A stretch of 32,000 bases of DNA from Mycobacterium tuberculosis H37Rv (GTDB lineage: Bacteria > Actinomycetota > Actinomycetes > Mycobacteriales > Mycobacteriaceae). Positions 28,504 through 32,000 of this stretch are shown in pieces (position 1 is the stretch's first letter; each line of letters opens with the position of its first letter). The notes under the pieces were generated by a model that did no database searches, had not been told where the DNA came from, and was given only the letters and a program-made list of their open reading frames with translations. A program made the position numbers and the translations under genes. Where the stretch lies: the NCBI RefSeq assembly GCF_000195955.2, contig NC_000962.3:3420001-3452000 (forward strand), written 5' to 3'.

Positions 28504-29991
28504 ATGAACCAGCATTTCGACGTCCTGATCATCGGCGCCGGCCTATCCGGCATCGGGACGGCCTGTCACGTGACGGCCGAGTTCCCCGACAAGACAATCG
28601 CCCTCCTGGAACGACGGGAGCGCCTGGGCGGCACCTGGGACTTGTTCCGCTACCCGGGAGTTCGTTCGGACTCCGACATGTTCACCTTCGGCTACAAGTT
28701 CCGCCCGTGGCGCGACGTGAAGGTGCTCGCCGACGGCGCGTCGATCCGGCAGTACATCGCCGACACCGCCACGGAGTTCGGCGTCGACGAGAAGATTCAC
28801 TACGGCCTGAAGGTCAACACCGCCGAGTGGTCGAGCCGGCAGTGCCGTTGGACCGTCGCGGGCGTGCACGAGGCGACCGGCGAAACCCGGACCTACACCT
28901 GCGATTACCTCATCAGCTGCACCGGCTACTACAACTACGACGCGGGTTATCTGCCGGACTTCCCCGGCGTGCACCGGTTCGGCGGCCGGTGCGTGCACCC
29001 GCAGCACTGGCCCGAAGACCTCGATTATTCCGGCAAGAAGGTCGTCGTCATCGGCAGCGGCGCAACGGCGGTCACTTTGGTTCCGGCGATGGCCGGCTCC
29101 AACCCCGGCAGTGCCGCGCACGTGACGATGCTGCAGCGATCCCCGTCGTACATCTTCTCGCTGCCGGCGGTCGACAAGATCTCCGAAGTCCTGGGCCGCT
29201 TCCTGCCGGATCGCTGGGTCTACGAGTTTGGCCGCAGGCGCAACATCGCCATCCAGCGAAAGCTCTACCAGGCCTGCCGGCGCTGGCCCAAGCTGATGCG
29301 GCGATTGCTGCTGTGGGAGGTACGACGCCGCCTCGGCCGCTCCGTGGACATGAGCAACTTCACCCCGAACTACCTGCCGTGGGACGAGCGGTTGTGCGCC
29401 GTGCCCAACGGCGATCTGTTTAAGACGCTGGCCTCGGGCGCGGCGTCGGTGGTGACCGATCAGATCGAGACCTTCACCGAGAAGGGCATCCTGTGCAAGT
29501 CCGGCCGGGAGATCGAGGCCGACATCATCGTCACCGCGACCGGTCTGAACATCCAGATGCTGGGCGGGATGCGACTCATCGTGGACGGCGCCGAATACCA
29601 GCTGCCGGAGAAGATGACCTATAAGGGTGTGCTGCTGGAAAACGCCCCCAATCTGGCCTGGATCATCGGCTACACCAACGCGTCATGGACCCTGAAGTCC
29701 GACATCGCCGGCGCCTACCTGTGCCGGCTGCTGCGGCACATGGCCGACAACGGCTACACGGTGGCAACGCCGCGCGATGCGCAGGACTGCGCGCTGGACG
29801 TTGGCATGTTCGACCAGCTGAACTCCGGCTATGTGAAGCGCGGCCAGGACATCATGCCGCGCCAGGGCTCCAAGCATCCGTGGAGGGTGCTCATGCACTA
29901 CGAGAAGGACGCCAAGATCCTGCTCGAAGACCCCATCGATGACGGCGTGCTGCACTTCGCCGCAGCGGCCCAAGACCACGCGGCGGCCTGA
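28504..29991 (+). CDS. mymA: Flavin-containing (Baeyer-Villiger-type) monooxygenase (495 aa)
   Basis: FAD motif [29 protein letters not shown] motif [17 protein letters not shown]; context Rv3083. Confidence 0.96.
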
Positions 29992-29996
29992 GCATC

Positions 29997-30923
29997 ATGA
30001 ACCTGCGCAAAAACGTCATCCGGTCCGTATTACGTGGTGCCCGGCCACTGTTCGCTTCCCGCCGGCTGGGTATTGCCGGCCGTCGAGTCCTGCTGGCGAC
30101 GCTGACGGCCGGCGCGCGCGCCCCCAAGGGCACCCGCTTTCAGCGCGTCAGCATCGCCGGTGTCCCGGTCCAGCGGGTGCAACCCCCCCATGCGGCAACC
30201 AGCGGGACGCTGATCTACCTGCACGGCGGTGCCTACGCCCTGGGCAGCGCCCGGGGCTACCGCGGCCTGGCCGCCCAGCTCGCGGCGGCGGCCGGAATGA
30301 CGGCGCTGGTCCCCGACTACACCCGCGCACCGCACGCCCACTATCCAGTGGCCCTCGAAGAGATGGCTGCGGTGTACACCCGCTTGCTCGACGACGGGCT
30401 CGACCCGAAAACGACCGTCATCGCCGGTGATTCGGCTGGCGGAGGGTTGACCCTGGCGCTGGCCATGGCGCTGCGCGATCGCGGCATCCAGGCCCCGGCC
30501 GCACTCGGCCTGATCTGCCCGTGGGCCGATCTCGCCGTCGACATCGAAGCGACGCGACCGGCGCTGCGCGATCCGCTCATTCTTCCGTCGATGTGCACCG
30601 AATGGGCGCCGCGCTACGTAGGGTCCTCCGATCCGCGGCTGCCCGGTATCTCCCCGGTCTACGGCGACATGAGCGGCCTGCCGCCCATCGTCATGCAGAC
30701 CGCGGGCGACGATCCGATCTGCGTTGACGCGGACAAGATCGAAACCGCCTGCGCCGCTTCGAAAACAAGCATCGAGCATCGCCGGTTCGCGGGCATGTGG
30801 CACGACTTCCATCTGCAGGTCAGTCTGCTCCCCGAAGCCCGCGACGCGATCGCCGACCTCGGGGCAAGGCTGCGCGGCCACCTCCACCAATCGCAGGGAC
30901 AACCACGGGGAGTAGTCAAATGA
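29997..30923 (+). CDS. lipR: Alpha/beta hydrolase, acetyl-hydrolase/esterase (HSL family), 308 aa
   Basis: Oxyanion motif [11 protein letters not shown], nucleophile elbow GDSAGGGL; context Rv3084. Confidence 0.95.
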
Positions 30924-31750
30924 GCTCATTCGAAGGCAAGGTCGCCGTCATCACCGGGGCCGGCTCGGGCATCGGCAGAGCGTTGGCACTCAACCTCTCC
31001 GAGAAGCGCGCAAAGCTTGCCCTTTCCGATGTCGACACCGACGGGCTGGCCAAAACCGTGCGCCTGGCTCAAGCGCTCGGCGCGCAGGTGAAGTCGGACC
31101 GGCTCGACGTCGCCGAACGCGAGGCGGTGCTGGCCCACGCCGACGCCGTCGTCGCACATTTCGGCACCGTGCACCAGGTCTACAACAACGCCGGCATCGC
31201 GTACAACGGCAACGTCGACAAGTCGGAGTTCAAGGACATCGAGCGCATCATCGACGTCGACTTCTGGGGCGTCGTCAACGGCACCAAAGCCTTTCTGCCG
31301 CACGTGATTGCCTCCGGCGACGGACACATCGTCAACATCTCCAGCCTGTTCGGGCTGATCGCGGTGCCCGGGCAAAGCGCCTACAACGCGGCCAAGTTCG
31401 CGGTGCGCGGCTTCACCGAGGCGCTGCGCCAGGAGATGCTGGTCGCCAGGCATCCGGTCAAGGTGACGTGCGTGCATCCCGGCGGCATCAAAACCGCCGT
31501 CGCGCGCAACGCCACCGTGGCCGACGGCGAGGACCAGCAGACGTTCGCGGAGTTCTTCGACCGCCGGCTGGCGCTGCATTCGCCGGAGATGGCCGCCAAA
31601 ACCATCGTCAACGGAGTCGCCAAGGGCCAGGCCCGCGTCGTGGTCGGCCTGGAGGCCAAAGCCGTCGATGTGCTCGCGCGCATCATGGGCTCGTCGTATC
31701 AGCGGCTGGTTGCCGCCGGCGTCGCCAAGTTCTTCCCCTGGGCCAAGTAG
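30920..31750 (+). CDS. sadH: Short-chain dehydrogenase/reductase (276 aa)
   Basis: [42 protein letters not shown] motifs; 4-bp overlap with lipR. Confidence 0.95.
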
Positions 31751-31780
31751 GCCCATAGAGTTCTAGAAAGGGACACCACG

Positions 31781-32000
31781 ATGAAAACCACCGCGGCGGT
31801 ACTGTTCGAGGCGGGCAAACCGTTCGAGCTGATGGAGCTCGATCTCGACGGGCCGGGTCCGGGCGAGGTGTTGGTCAAATACACCGCCGCCGGGCTGTGC
31901 CATTCCGACCTGCACCTCACCGATGGTGATTTACCACCGCGGTTCCCGATCGTGGGCGGCCACGAAGGGTCCGGGGTCATCGAGGAGGTGGGTGCCGGCG
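31781..32000 (+). CDS. adhD: Zinc-type alcohol dehydrogenase, 5' portion (truncated by window end)
   Basis: ATGAAAACCACCGCGGCGGTACTGTTCGAGGCGGGC encodes MKTTAAVLFEAG...GEVLVKYTAAGLCHSDLHLTDGD...GHEGSGVI, typical class III-like ADH. Confidence 0.93.
   Translation, partial: MKTTAAVLFEAGKPFELMELDLDGPGPGEVLVKYTAAGLCHSDLHLTDGDLPPRFPIVGGHEGSGVIEEVGAG

Overview
High-GC actinobacterial chromosome. Gene content and order match the Mycobacterium tuberculosis complex region from cyp136 to the mymA operon (Rv3059-Rv3086); this is recognised from memory, not from a database search. Contents in order: cyp136 (3' end), a double-FadR GntR regulator, fadE22, ligB, cstA, a DoxX-like gene, mmr/TetR, a DUF732-like gene, tRNA-Ala(GGC), pgmA, crcB-crcB-DUF190, a decayed F420/LLM oxidoreductase, a DUF488 gene, a 13E12/HNH gene, a CitE-like gene, SRPBCC-sulfatase-hab, an LLM gene, pknK, a fused HTH/nucleotidyltransferase-like gene, virS, and mymA-lipR-sadH-adhD. 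No CRISPR, IS element, prophage or BGC was seen. The signals most worth a second look are: (1) two tandem, mutually similar mini-lipoprotein ORFs after cyp136; (2) a perfect 46-bp palindrome directly in front of mmr; (3) a DUF190 protein with three internal domain copies fused into the double-CrcB fluoride operon; (4) a single-chain 'double FadR' regulator with matching palindromic sites at its own start and upstream of fadE22; (5) the multi-frameshift remnant of an LLM oxidoreductase; (6) 21-bp-spaced direct repeats between virS and mymA; and (7) an orphan HTH + nucleotidyltransferase-like gene next to pknK.
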